Of a DNA stretch of 42,862 nt, positions 8,698 to 17,832 are shown one piece after another. Where the stretch lies: positions 1 through 42,862 of the forward strand of contig JBJKQP010000266.1 of the NCBI GenBank assembly GCA_046705105.1, given 5' to 3'. The translations under genes and the position numbers were made by a program. The notes under the pieces are model-generated. The model was given only the letters and a program-made list of their open reading frames with translations, was not told the DNA's origin and searched no databases. How positions within the stretch are numbered: the first letter of the stretch is position 1; each line of letters begins with the position of its first letter. Source of the stretch: Ignavibacteriaceae bacterium. Its GTDB lineage: Bacteria; Bacteroidota; Ignavibacteria; Ignavibacteriales; Ignavibacteriaceae.

Positions 8698-9843
8698 TTA
8701 GATTTCCGCTATAAAATCTTCGATTATTTTTGCTTGAATATCCCAGGTAAATTTATTTTTAACCATTTCTCTCGCTTTTACCGCATTGCATTTTAACTTA
8801 TCCAAATCGCGAGCGGCTTTAAGAATTATTTCTTCCAATTCACCTTTAACATCGGGATTAAAATAATATGCATATCCAGAATCTTTAGGTACCACTGATC
8901 TATGCGCTTCTATGTCGCTTAATATAACCGGTTTCTCCATCGATAAATATTCCATTAATTTAAGCGGGCTGGAAATTTCCCACCATAAGATTCTCGGCAG
9001 CGGTACAATACAAATATCCGCTAAATTAATATATGATGGGACTTTATTATATTCAACAAGATCCAGAAGCAATAAATTATCTTCTAAGTCGTAATTATTT
9101 GAGGAGCAAAATTCCCTTATGTAGTCGTTCCCGCCGCTTAAACTAATAAAAAGGACATCCGGTATTACATTCTTAACATTATTTAAAGCATCAAGAATCA
9201 GATCCACTCCCCTGTTCGGGCTTATGCTGCCGTGATAAAACAATACTAGTCTGTTTTTAATCCTTTCTTTCAGTTCCGGCGATATGCCGTTGGATACTTC
9301 CTGAGAAAACAAAAAAGGATTAACCGCTGAGGGAAATATTTCAGAATGTTTAAATTTTTTATCAATGAGCTGTTCAATAAAAGTTTTCGTACCCGGTGTA
9401 ATAAAAGTAGCTCCGTTAAAATACTTTCCTGCAATTCTGCATTCATGTTTATAGGAATCGGGCAATTCACGCTCAACGGGAATTGATCTTACATCCAATA
9501 TTATTTTAATCGAAAATATTTTTTTGATTAATAAAACTAAAAAAGTGGAAGGAACGATTTCGTTATCAATAATGAGAACATTTACCTTATTTTTAATACA
9601 ATAAAACGGCAGGAAGAATAATAATTTTAAGAGAAAAATTCTTCCCTTATTCATTGAAAATTTTAATAAGATTAATTCTTCTTCGAATTTATTCCTATCG
9701 CCTATGCCGAGCAGTTTTGCCTTATGCCCATGCTCATTAAAGGATTTAACTAGTTGAATCTCAGTATTAATATGGTGTACGTCTTCTACTTTTACCTTAC
9801 GGACCAATAAGATATTAAATTTTTTATTTTTATTATCGGGCAT
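8698..9843 (-). CDS. Glycosyltransferase (GT-B), paralog of 13961-15151
   Basis: 381 aa. FYHGSISPNRGVD and SSPLKLMEYLSMEKPVILSDIEAH align almost residue-for-residue with IYHGSITPNRGVE and SSPLKLMEYLSMEIPIVMSDIQAH of the paralog. Confidence 0.8.
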   Translation of the reverse strand: MPDNKNKKFNILLVRKVKVEDVHHINTEIQLVKSFNEHGHKAKLLGIGDRNKFEEELILLKFSMNKGRIFLLKLLFFLPFYCIKNKVNVLIIDNEIVPSTFLVLLIKKIFSIKIILDVRSIPVERELPDSYKHECRIAGKYFNGATFITPGTKTFIEQLIDKKFKHSEIFPSAVNPFLFSQEVSNGISPELKERIKNRLVLFYHGSISPNRGVDLILDALNNVKNVIPDVLFISLSGGNDYIREFCSSNNYDLEDNLLLLDLVEYNKVPSYINLADICIVPLPRILWWEISSPLKLMEYLSMEKPVILSDIEAHRSVVPKDSGYAYYFNPDVKGELEEIILKAARDLDKLKCNAVKAREMVKNKFTWDIQAKIIEDFIAEI

Positions 9844-9907
9844 TCGTTTTATTTATAAATAAATAGACAATTAAATTGTGAGCAAATAAATTCTTAAATC
9901 AGCTTTT

Positions 9908-11476
9908 TTAAGACTGATTTAATGCCAGAAATTTAGATATTATATGCAGTTTTGGTATTTTCATGAGGAGTCCGGATATAATCGATTCTTCGTTTTTATT
10001 AAACGGACGAAGCAAAACATAAAACAGTTTAAACAAGAATAAGCCGATCATACCGGGTAATAAAATCTGCAGGAATACATTGTTTGCAAGACTGGACAGA
10101 TACATTGCAAACCCGGTTACTATTAAAATGAGAAATGTTTTTGCAAACTGGCCGTATTCAAGTTTTACGCCGCTGACCATTATCATTTTAACATATAAAT
10201 AAATATTCTTCAACAGGGCGGAAACTCCGGTAGCAAGTGCAACTCCGATTAAGCCCCAGTTTGTATATTCTAGAACAAACAGAACTGCAAAAACATTAAA
10301 CACTGCAAATATTTTTGCATAAAGGGTGTACTCAATTTTTTCTTTAATCTCCAAAATTATTGTAATCGGGAACGAAAATGATCTTAATAAATAAAATAAA
10401 ATCACAATAACAACCAGCGTTTCTGTTTGAAGATACTTGGAATTGAATAAGTATACTTGAATTAAATTCTGGTAGGAAATTATTCCGACAGCAATTATCC
10501 CGTAAAAAATAAAGTATATTTTCACAATAAAGTTAAACATAATGGAAAGGTAACCGGTATTTTCATCTTTCTCATAATATTGATTTATAAAGTACGGTTT
10601 AAAAATATTATTTAACTGCACCATAGGAATCCAATTGAATATTGTACTTAAAATTTTGTACGGGAACGCATAAAGCCCCATAGCAAAAGGACCCAGGTAA
10701 GCAGAGATAAAATAATAATCCGATATTTGACTGAATCCGCCTTCTCCCATTTCATTTGCGGTTGAAAGCAGAGAGAATCTCTTAATTCTTTTTACATACT
10801 CTACCTTCTCTTTCTTTTCGATTATTAAGCCGGATTCTTTTTCCAATTCGGAAATTTTCTTGTAAGAAAAATATAGAGAAGGCAAAGCTTTTATGCCCAT
10901 ACATATGGCTTCAATAACAAAGATCAAATCGATGGTCAACTGAGGTAAAAATATAAGGTATAGAATTCCCCTGGCTATAATTGAAATTACACCGACTATT
11001 GAAAGGAATTTCTGCTCATATAAAGAAACTAAAAGGTTATTTGTAAATGATGACTGTAGAAACAAAAATATGTTTATTATAAAAATCGAATAGTATAATT
11101 GAAAATTATTAATATTGAGCAGAATTCCGATTTTCTCTTTATAGACATATACAATGAATATAGTAACAAATATCATTAATAAAGAAATGAGGAATAACTT
11201 TATTATTAATATTTTATGGTACCTGTAATACTTCTTTTGAACAAGTTCCGGAATATATCTTCTAATAGCTACGACAATCCCGTTTATAGAGAAAATAGCA
11301 AAAATTGACAGGCTGCCCATAAAAAGGCTGTAAATTCCGAAATCGGATACGGCAAGCTTTCTGATTAAGAAAATGCTTATAAATATCGAAATGAAATTAG
11401 AAAGTAATGTACCGATTAAAAGCCATTTAATATTTTCGGAAAATCTTTTTAAAGTATGCATGCTTTTATTATTCAT
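9908..11476 (-). CDS. wzx: Wzx-type polysaccharide flippase (MOP superfamily)
   Basis: Roughly 520 aa, hydrophobic throughout with many predicted helices. Located in a Wzy/Wzc cluster. The track start at 11497 is TTG. The ATG at 11476 overlaps the upstream stop in an ATGAATAA arrangement; the ATG at 11461 is also possible. Confidence 0.7.
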   Translation of the reverse strand: MNNKSMHTLKRFSENIKWLLIGTLLSNFISIFISIFLIRKLAVSDFGIYSLFMGSLSIFAIFSINGIVVAIRRYIPELVQKKYYRYHKILIIKLFLISLLMIFVTIFIVYVYKEKIGILLNINNFQLYYSIFIINIFLFLQSSFTNNLLVSLYEQKFLSIVGVISIIARGILYLIFLPQLTIDLIFVIEAICMGIKALPSLYFSYKKISELEKESGLIIEKKEKVEYVKRIKRFSLLSTANEMGEGGFSQISDYYFISAYLGPFAMGLYAFPYKILSTIFNWIPMVQLNNIFKPYFINQYYEKDENTGYLSIMFNFIVKIYFIFYGIIAVGIISYQNLIQVYLFNSKYLQTETLVVIVILFYLLRSFSFPITIILEIKEKIEYTLYAKIFAVFNVFAVLFVLEYTNWGLIGVALATGVSALLKNIYLYVKMIMVSGVKLEYGQFAKTFLILIVTGFAMYLSSLANNVFLQILLPGMIGLFLFKLFYVLLRPFNKNEESIISGLLMKIPKLHIISKFLALNQS

Positions 11477-12158
11477 TTCCGTTTTTTGCTTTTTCAATAA
11501 GGTCCTGCTTAACTATATAAGGAAATCCTTCCATCGGTCCTCCTTGAAATCCTTTAATATAAATATCTCCGTCTTCGCATAGCGGACGCATTTTCTCAAT
11601 TAAATCTTCGGACACGGGATGCATTGTTTCTTTTGAACTGAAATTCGGCCTGGCCATTGCTAGATCGAGCTGCTTTTTTATAAATTCATCGAACTTTGAA
11701 TAAATTCTGGCAGGCACACCTACAACACAAGAATTGGGAGGAATGTCTTTGTTAACTACCGAACCCGCGGCGACCAGTACATTCGGACCAATAGTAACAC
11801 CCGGTAAAATTATCGAGCTTTGTCCGATATAACAATTTTCTTTAATCTCAATTTTCCCCAGTCTCTCAAAATTCTCTTTCGAAAATTTGAAAGTTGCCTG
11901 ATCATGTGCAATCAACTGAACAAATTTGGAAATCGAGCTGTTATCACCAATACTAATAAGGTAAGGATAGGAAGCATCTATCTCAGCCGTAGGCATAATT
12001 GTAACGTTCTTCCCCACTATTAAGCCGTTACCGATCAGTTCTTCTATTTCTCTGTGGTGGTTCCAGTAATCGAAATTCGTTTTGTATTTTAATAATTTCC
12101 TGTAAAAAAATTGTCTTAATTTTTCTTTGCCTTTTTTTAAGAAGTTAGATTGAGACAT
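11469..12158 (-). CDS. Left-handed beta-helix acetyltransferase, paralog of 1694-2287
   Basis: NGLIVGKNVTIMPTAEIDASYPYLISIGDN and GPNVLVAAGSVVNKDIPPNSCVVGVPARIY are near-identical to the paralog. The track start at 12206 is TTG. The ATG at 12158 (MSQSNF) has a GGAAAGG Shine-Dalgarno-like box about 9 nt upstream. Confidence 0.85.
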   Translation of the reverse strand: MSQSNFLKKGKEKLRQFFYRKLLKYKTNFDYWNHHREIEELIGNGLIVGKNVTIMPTAEIDASYPYLISIGDNSSISKFVQLIAHDQATFKFSKENFERLGKIEIKENCYIGQSSIILPGVTIGPNVLVAAGSVVNKDIPPNSCVVGVPARIYSKFDEFIKKQLDLAMARPNFSSKETMHPVSEDLIEKMRPLCEDGDIYIKGFQGGPMEGFPYIVKQDLIEKAKNGNE

Positions 12159-12232
12159 TATAACTACCTTTCCAGTAATAAAGGGAAACTGATTAATTAG
12201 ACACAATTATAATGATTATTTTGGAAAAGTAA

Positions 12233-13894
12233 TTAGTAAATGTTTGTTCTTGATAGCAGGGATTGACTGAATATGCCTGGCATTTTAGATGTTTTTATTT
12301 TGCAGTCGAGTACGGTAAATTCGTCGCTTTGCGCCAATGTATGCATCCCGCAAATATTCTTATCATAATTTGGCTGAATCATATCAAATTCAACTTCCCG
12401 ATAATTCGTTTCATTCAGTTCAATTATTTTATTCAGCTTTATTCTATAGCCGTATTCAACCGAACAATCTTGAGACGGCCTTATTAAAAATCCGTTATGC
12501 TTGTAAATTCTTCCGGCAGATCTTGCAGACCTTACATCCGAAACAACTGGATTAAGTGGGTGCGCAGTCCATTTATCGCTTAATGGAGAATCTGCATAAT
12601 ATAAATATAACTCATCCTTATAAGACATATAGTTTCCGTTCTTTTTATTTAAGAATATCCACCACTTGCCATTGTAATGAGCCATTGTTGAATCAACCGC
12701 TGATATACCTTCGAATAAATGTTTATAAAATTCCCATTTTGCCGGAAATTCTGCGCACTTATATACGTCTATTGTTTCGTTCTGCTCGGTTTCGGGAATC
12801 ATATACATATTGCCCTCATGTTCGAAAATGAACGGGTAAGATAAATGATACGGTTTCTCAAGAATCTTTACCGGTTTATTTACCTTTCCGTTACTGTCAA
12901 TTTCAAGTACAGATAAATGACCTTTATTGGTTTTATAGGTGAACTCTTCAATAAATATAAAATGAGAGCCGTTTCGTTCAATTACATGAGGATCGGCCCA
13001 AAAATTCTTCTTGGGAGGAACTATTTTCTGATATTCATCAATAGCTCCCGGCCTGCTTGAACTTTTTTTGTATAAAATAATCCACTGTCGCACATTTAAT
13101 TTATTGTCTATGGCTTTTCGAATATATTTTAATAAATGCTTATATATAATTATTGAATTCAAATAAAAGCTATCGTAGTTTTTACGTTTTCTTACTTTAT
13201 CTTTTTCATAATCCCTATTGCAGATATTATTTTTAATATTATATAATTCATTTAATCCCCGCATTGTTATAAGCGAAGCTTTCCAGAAGTACTGGCTTTT
13301 AACTCTATTGATGAAGAATGAATCGGGCGAAAAATATGTTTGAACCAGTTTCTTCTGTGAAACGAGCTTCCTGTCCCTAAAAATTAATTTAGCCTCGATA
13401 CAAGGGTAATTATTCATAACAAACCAGTCCATTGGAAGATCGGTACAAGTATCGGGGTATGAAATTTTATTGTAAATAATACCTAGTTGAAATAAGCTGA
13501 TTATATTTGCAGGTACTGAATTCAAATCTACGTTTAATAGAACATCCGGATTCTGCCAGGATATTTCTTCTATTTGATTCAAGGTAAGCGAATTTTCAAA
13601 ATTAATTATTTTCACATCCTGCATTGCATTTTTATATTCTGATAATTTGACGGAATTATTTGCGACAGGTATAATTTTACTTTCGGCAAGTAAATATAAT
13701 TTCATTAACATCCGGTACAGCCAGGTTGTTTTAACAGCAGATACGGATGTATTCATAGTATTTTCTTGTTTAATTAAAATCAGTTTTAATTCCATAAAAT
13801 CTGAATTATTAATTTGACTGATTACATCGTGCACCCATTCGGGGAAATTTGTAGACTTAGCTATAATTGCGATCTTTAAACTTTCTTTTACCAT
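12233..13894 (-). CDS. Two-domain protein: N-terminal formyltransferase-like Rossmann region plus C-terminal GH43-like beta-propeller (glucosamine inositolphosphorylceramide transferase-family-like) domain
   Basis: 553 aa. N-terminus KIAIIAKSTNFPEWVHDVISQI. The C-terminal half has FWADPHVIERNGSHFIFIEEF, HLSYPFIFEHEGNMYMIPE and GKWWIFLNKK. I recognise this pattern from bacterial proteins carrying that family name, from memory only. Confidence 0.5.
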   Translation of the reverse strand: MVKESLKIAIIAKSTNFPEWVHDVISQINNSDFMELKLILIKQENTMNTSVSAVKTTWLYRMLMKLYLLAESKIIPVANNSVKLSEYKNAMQDVKIINFENSLTLNQIEEISWQNPDVLLNVDLNSVPANIISLFQLGIIYNKISYPDTCTDLPMDWFVMNNYPCIEAKLIFRDRKLVSQKKLVQTYFSPDSFFINRVKSQYFWKASLITMRGLNELYNIKNNICNRDYEKDKVRKRKNYDSFYLNSIIIYKHLLKYIRKAIDNKLNVRQWIILYKKSSSRPGAIDEYQKIVPPKKNFWADPHVIERNGSHFIFIEEFTYKTNKGHLSVLEIDSNGKVNKPVKILEKPYHLSYPFIFEHEGNMYMIPETEQNETIDVYKCAEFPAKWEFYKHLFEGISAVDSTMAHYNGKWWIFLNKKNGNYMSYKDELYLYYADSPLSDKWTAHPLNPVVSDVRSARSAGRIYKHNGFLIRPSQDCSVEYGYRIKLNKIIELNETNYREVEFDMIQPNYDKNICGMHTLAQSDEFTVLDCKIKTSKMPGIFSQSLLSRTNIY

Positions 13895-13960
13895 GGATGT
13901 AAAACCTAATTGTGACTAAATAATTTAGGAATGAACTATTAAAAGGTGAGTTTTACTTCT

Positions 13961-15151
13961 TCAAGAAACTGTTTTAGCTTCTGAAAATTTTTTGTCGGTT
14001 CTGATAAATAACGGTTTCTGATTTATGTAAATACTTTCTAGAAAGCCTGCCATCTTTTCTGCTTGATTGTGCCAGGTTAGTTTTTCCAGAACAATTTTTC
14101 TTCCAATATAAGTCTTGGAGTTTAATTTTTTAATATTTTTATATGCATATAAAATTTTTTCGGTCAATTCATTTTTTTGATCCGGATTGAAATATACGGA
14201 AAAGTCCGATTCACGGGGCACAACATTTAAATGCGCCTGAATATCGCTCATAACAATAGGAATCTCCATCGATAAATATTCCATTAATTTAAGAGGCGAC
14301 GAAACTTCCCACCATTTAATTCTTTTGTATGGAATAACTCCAATATCCGCAAGTTTTATATATTGCGGCATAACCGCATTGTCTGCAGCATCTAGAAACA
14401 GCAGGTGATCATCCAGTCTAAGGTTATTATCCGCACAATATTTCTGAAGGAATCTGTTATTATCGCTTATAGACAAAAATAATAAATTAGGGATTTCTTC
14501 TTTCAAGCTGTCAACAGCATCAAGCACCATTTCTACTCCTCTATTAGGAGTTATGGAGCCATGGTAGATCATTACAAAATGATCTTTTAATTTTTCCGCT
14601 ATTTTGCCGTTAATATTTATTTCAACATCTTTAGTAAATACTTTTTCATTCACACCGGAAGTATAGACTGCATTTTTATTGAACTTAAGACCGTATTCTT
14701 TTTCGCACATTTCTCTTGTTGTTTCCGTAATAAATGTAGCACCGTCAAAGAATTTCCTTGCAATTTTATATGCGGTCATTTGCTGTTTCGACAATTTCTT
14801 TTGTTCAACCGGAACCGTCCTTACATCGAGTATAAGTTTTGTTTTTAGTAGACGATTAAAAAAAATAAGCAGAAGCGAAGGTATCACCGATTTCTCATCA
14901 AGGACAACAAAATCAATTTTGTTTTTTAATACGTAAAAAGGCAAATAAAAAAACAGCTTTAAAACAAAGTACCTGTTTTTATTAAAAGGTACCTTCAAAG
15001 GAATTATAAATGGATCTCCGGTTTCCTTTTCTCCCTTAACAATTAACCTTGCGTCTATATTTAATTCTCTTAGAGCTTTGGTTATTTCAATTTCACTAAT
15101 TATATAATGATCTTTACCGAAGATTCCGTTGCGTACATATAAAACTTTCAT
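13961..15151 (-). CDS. Glycosyltransferase (GT-B), paralog of 8698-9843
   Basis: 396 aa. See the shared motifs under 8698-9843. Confidence 0.8.
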   Translation of the reverse strand: MKVLYVRNGIFGKDHYIISEIEITKALRELNIDARLIVKGEKETGDPFIIPLKVPFNKNRYFVLKLFFYLPFYVLKNKIDFVVLDEKSVIPSLLLIFFNRLLKTKLILDVRTVPVEQKKLSKQQMTAYKIARKFFDGATFITETTREMCEKEYGLKFNKNAVYTSGVNEKVFTKDVEININGKIAEKLKDHFVMIYHGSITPNRGVEMVLDAVDSLKEEIPNLLFLSISDNNRFLQKYCADNNLRLDDHLLFLDAADNAVMPQYIKLADIGVIPYKRIKWWEVSSPLKLMEYLSMEIPIVMSDIQAHLNVVPRESDFSVYFNPDQKNELTEKILYAYKNIKKLNSKTYIGRKIVLEKLTWHNQAEKMAGFLESIYINQKPLFIRTDKKFSEAKTVS

Positions 15152-15202
15152 TAATATTACTTCGAATTTTTAGTGAATTCAATTTTTTCAAATGAGCTGT
15201 GG

Positions 15203-16570
15203 TTAAAAATTATCTACCTGAGGTTTGGAATAATTGATCGGTGCTCCGGCAGGCCGGCTGAAGCGGAAGTTTTTAACTGCTGCAAAGACATTATATCTTG
15301 ATAAAAGTACGGCAAGTATTATCCAGTAAACCAGACCTATTTGGGTACTCCACGATCCGCAGTAGAACATTGCAATGAAAGTAGCGATACTTACAGGTAT
15401 AAATGTACAAGCAAAGATATGCATCTCCAGGTTTTGTTCATAGTCTACATAACGTTTAATAAATATTATGGGGAACAAAAGTATCAGTAGCATAAAAATA
15501 AGTCCTAAAACTCCGAGGCTTGCTAAAACAATTACGGCATCAGGGAAATCGATTACAAAATTAAGAACTGCTTTAGACATATCCGCGCTTTTCGATTTTA
15601 CAATTGCACCGGGTCCGAAACCGAAAGCCAGATTAACATCGTTTGTAAAATACTGGTTGAATAACTCCGGATATGCGTCAAACCGGCTGCCCTTTCCGGC
15701 AGTTTTATCGTAATGTGCTATCTCATTCCGATTAAATAATAAATCGAAATTTAAGTACCTGGCATATTTAGTTTGAGGGATAATAAAAATTATTGTAACT
15801 GATATTACTGTAACAAATAAAATTCCAATAATTGCCATGTTGGCAATCAATTTAAAAGCGACTTTTTTATATAAATAAACAAAGGTAAGAAATGTAACTA
15901 TTAAGCAAATAGGAGATATTATAAATCCAAACCTTGCGCCCCCGACAACAGGCGGAATAAAAGTAGAAACAGCCAAAATTAAATATTTTAATTTAAAACC
16001 TTTATAAAGAATATTTGCAACCGCATAAGAAAGGACAAATGATTCCAATACGGCAATTATACCCGTTCCGCCCAATGCACCGTATGAAATTGTTCCGTTG
16101 TTGCTGTCGGCTGTAGCGGTATGAAAAACAAAATATTGAAAAACTGTGACAGGGATTTGCAAAACAATCAAAAAGAGCAAAAATCTTAAAAGATTCATTT
16201 GTTCTTTTTGGGTAAAGTCGGCTTTTGTTATAACTAGCGTAATAATTATGAATGGGAAAAAGAATGTTAGAAATGCCTTAAAGGTGAGCAGCCAATTGTT
16301 ATTATTTAATATCGAACTGGTTAGGAATAACAATAATAATATCGAAAAAAATATTTTGTAAATAGTTAAATACTTATTTGAGTAATTCCTCCTGCCTGAA
16401 ATTATAGAATACGAATTAATAACCATATACAATGCAGTAAATAAAAGTTCAAGAGATAAAGGCGGCAGTTCAGGCAGATGGAAGTACCTTACGCAGAACG
16501 GGTACAAAAATTTTGAAGCTATATATGAATATAATAAGACTTTTATGTACGGCTTGTAATTAAAATTCAT
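15203..16570 (-). CDS. wzy: Wzy-type polymerase / O-antigen-ligase-like polytopic membrane protein
   Basis: 455 aa with at least 10 hydrophobic segments and one larger loop (NRNEIAHYDKTAGKGSRFDAYPE). Position within a wzx/wzc locus supports the call. Confidence 0.6.
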   Translation of the reverse strand: MNFNYKPYIKVLLYSYIASKFLYPFCVRYFHLPELPPLSLELLFTALYMVINSYSIISGRRNYSNKYLTIYKIFFSILLLLFLTSSILNNNNWLLTFKAFLTFFFPFIIITLVITKADFTQKEQMNLLRFLLFLIVLQIPVTVFQYFVFHTATADSNNGTISYGALGGTGIIAVLESFVLSYAVANILYKGFKLKYLILAVSTFIPPVVGGARFGFIISPICLIVTFLTFVYLYKKVAFKLIANMAIIGILFVTVISVTIIFIIPQTKYARYLNFDLLFNRNEIAHYDKTAGKGSRFDAYPELFNQYFTNDVNLAFGFGPGAIVKSKSADMSKAVLNFVIDFPDAVIVLASLGVLGLIFMLLILLFPIIFIKRYVDYEQNLEMHIFACTFIPVSIATFIAMFYCGSWSTQIGLVYWIILAVLLSRYNVFAAVKNFRFSRPAGAPINYSKPQVDNF

Positions 16571-16616
16571 TTTGTACGAATTTATAAATCTGATCTAATT
16601 TTAATTTTTATTTGTT

Positions 16617-17783
16617 TTATATCAGTGCTTTGTAAAGATTTAATAGCTCTAGTTCTGAAAACGACCATAAAAAATTTTTCATGATAATTTTATGTCCTCT
16701 GTAACCGTAGTTGCGCCCGATCTCCGGATTATCGATAAAATACAGGACCTTTCTCGTAAAATCGTCTATATCCTTTGCATACAGTCCCGAATCCTTAGCC
16801 ATTTCCATAGTCTCTTTTAATTCGAATGCGACGAACGGCTTTTGGGTTTTCATGTATTCAAGCACTTTGATTAATGTTAAATATTCGTTTAAGCCGTTCG
16901 GCTGATCAGGGACAAGGCATACGTCGGCCAGTTCAATATACTCCATCACTTCGTTGTAATTAACAAGCCCGGTAAAATCTATATAATTTTCAACTTGAAG
17001 TTTTACTGCCAATTCCTGCATGTATTTTCGAACTTCTCCGTCTCCGACCAAAACAAATTTTATATTTTTTCTTCCCAACTTATTTACAACAATATATACT
17101 GCTTCAATAATTATTTCAATATTATCGTTAATTGTCATAAGTCCGACAAACAAAGCAACTTTAAAACCCGCGTATTTATCATGTAATTTCTTGCTGTATT
17201 TAGGTTCAAAATGTTCTTCCGGTCCGTTATAAACTACGGAACAGGGCTTGTTGTTCAAAGACGATTTGCCTGTAAGTCTTTCTTTAAAAGTTTTGTTTGC
17301 AACGATTATTCCGGAAGATAATTTAACAGACATTTTTTCAGAAAAATTTATAAACTTTTGGAGTAATGGATTTGTAAATTTTAGTTTATAAATAATAGTC
17401 GCCAAATCATGCTGATCGTATATGAATTTCACATTAAATAAATATAATAAAAGCGCAAGCGGCCAAAAGAAATCCGGCGGATTGGCTACATGTACCGCTT
17501 TAACTTTCTTGAAGAGAACAAGGTACAAAGTATATAAATAAATTTTTGTTAATGCATTCATGTATTCAGTTATAAATCCGAATAAAGAACCATCGGATTT
17601 ATAATCCTTATAACGCAGAACTTCAATATTATTAATTACATCGCGTTTAGCCGGATCTATTTCGGAGCGCGGACTTATTACGGAAACTTTATAGCCGTGC
17701 TTTTGCAAGGACATGGCTTCTTTATACACCCTTTTATCCCACGGGAAAGAATTGTTTTGAACGATTAACAATACATTCTTCAT
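16617..17783 (-). CDS. Glycosyltransferase family 4
   Basis: 388 aa with a GT-B two-Rossmann layout. VLVGDGEVR and LIKVLEYMKTQKPFVAFE form an E-x7-E-like region. Confidence 0.75.
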   Translation of the reverse strand: MKNVLLIVQNNSFPWDKRVYKEAMSLQKHGYKVSVISPRSEIDPAKRDVINNIEVLRYKDYKSDGSLFGFITEYMNALTKIYLYTLYLVLFKKVKAVHVANPPDFFWPLALLLYLFNVKFIYDQHDLATIIYKLKFTNPLLQKFINFSEKMSVKLSSGIIVANKTFKERLTGKSSLNNKPCSVVYNGPEEHFEPKYSKKLHDKYAGFKVALFVGLMTINDNIEIIIEAVYIVVNKLGRKNIKFVLVGDGEVRKYMQELAVKLQVENYIDFTGLVNYNEVMEYIELADVCLVPDQPNGLNEYLTLIKVLEYMKTQKPFVAFELKETMEMAKDSGLYAKDIDDFTRKVLYFIDNPEIGRNYGYRGHKIIMKNFLWSFSELELLNLYKALI

Positions 17784-17832
17784 TTATTTCTCAATATTAA
17801 TTGAAAACAATCTTCTAAGTTAATTTTGTGAA

